DNA of 63,075 nt, filler included, from Lenisia limosa (taxonomy: Eukaryota > Protista > Breviatea): NCBI GenBank assembly GCA_001655205.1. It is 8 parts of 8 records of this genome, joined end to end, with 100 filler letters (N's around TTAATTAATTAA, not from the genome) between each part and the next. Parts side by side here need not be neighbours in the genome. Positions count along the whole stretch, not along the records: positions 61,266 to 63,075 come from LPNZ01003825.1; 7 more parts are not named here. The stretch is one strand, 5' to 3'. Shown piece by piece: positions 62,451-63,075 of the stretch. The notes below the pieces were generated by a model, which was not told where the DNA came from, searched no databases, and saw only the letters and a program-made list of their open reading frames with translations. The first letter of the stretch is position 1; every line of letters starts with the position of its first letter. The position numbers and the translations under genes are program-made.

Positions 62451-63075
62451 GTACGTACATACATCAATTTTCCAATCTTTTTTTCCCAATGGTCCGTTTT
62501 TACGTACGCTGGAGTGATAGGATCCATTGCAGAAGCAACTGGCCTGGGCTNNNNNNNNNNNNNNNNNNNNNNNNNNNNNNNNNNNNNNNNNNNNNNNNNN
62601 NNNNNNNNNNNNNNNNNNNNNNNNNNNNNNNNNNNNNNNNNNNNNNNNNNNNNNNNNNNNNNNNNNNNNNNNNNNNNNNNNNNNNNNNNNNNNNNNNNNN
62701 NATGGGCCGCATCCAGAAGACAAAATCAAGCCCAAGGTGGGTGGGTATTTAATGAGGATCTAGCAGATCTTAACACGGATTCAACTACAAAGCAAAACAT
62801 AAATTATCCAAACCTTTTAAACATGATAATGTTCTTGTTTCTTCGTAGTAGTCAAATACATAGGGCTTCACTTTGTTTCGAAAATACACTGAATTTCTCG
62901 ACAAATCCTCAACCGTTTCAGGCAAACAGCCATGTGGTGGACCCCGGCAGCGGAATAGTCCGAAAGGCGGGCCGGCCAACTAAGGAATTCCTCCGAAAAG
63001 AGGCCGAGTATCACTCGAGGTCTTCCCAGTTCAGTACACATATTGCCAATGCTGAAGAGAGTGGGGGGGGGGGGT

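Noticed and set aside
1345-62700. Irregular N gaps next to poly-G/poly-C runs as a biological pattern
   Set aside because: Most consistent with sequencing or assembly dropout at homopolymers and repeats. Many probably hide family C copies, so repeat counts are underestimates.
1-63075. Alternative genetic code or non-canonical introns
   Set aside because: Conserved exons have no in-frame stops, all three stop codons terminate genes, and all junctions I could resolve in conserved genes are GT-AG.
1-63075. tRNA, rRNA or snRNA genes
   Set aside because: No cloverleaf or recognisable rRNA/snRNA motif was found by eye; a covariance-model scan (tRNAscan-SE, Infernal) would be needed to exclude them.
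62785-63075. Minus-strand exon(s) at the window end
   Set aside because: An open frame exists but is too short and unrecognisable to support a call.

Overview
Eukaryotic nuclear DNA from an intron-dense organism, probably a protist; the species cannot be identified from sequence alone. Introns are GT-AG and typically 35-150 nt. The standard genetic code is used (genes end in TAA, TAG and TGA). The window is a concatenation of 8 contigs joined by artificial 100-nt spacers (N44-TTAATTAATTAA-N44), so gene neighbourhoods are only meaningful within a contig. The ORF track is mostly uninformative; gene models below were spliced by eye, so boundaries are approximate. Recognisable genes: spliceosomal RED/IK, a PHD-finger protein, a complete NRPS-like A-T-R-SDR enzyme of the ATRR (glycine betaine reductase) type head-to-head with a full-size ABCA transporter, an intron-containing frameshifted pogo-like DDE transposase, a secreted beta-helix-like protein, an ependymin-like domain fused to a cathepsin-B-type propeptide, Sfi1-like repeats, ERCC6/CSB (3' part), a J-domain fragment and CKS1. 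The non-coding DNA holds at least four dispersed repeat families. The most unusual is a ~110-150-bp cassette (family C, about 20 visible copies) that lies in host-sense orientation and ends on the 3' splice-site AG of introns in many unrelated genes.
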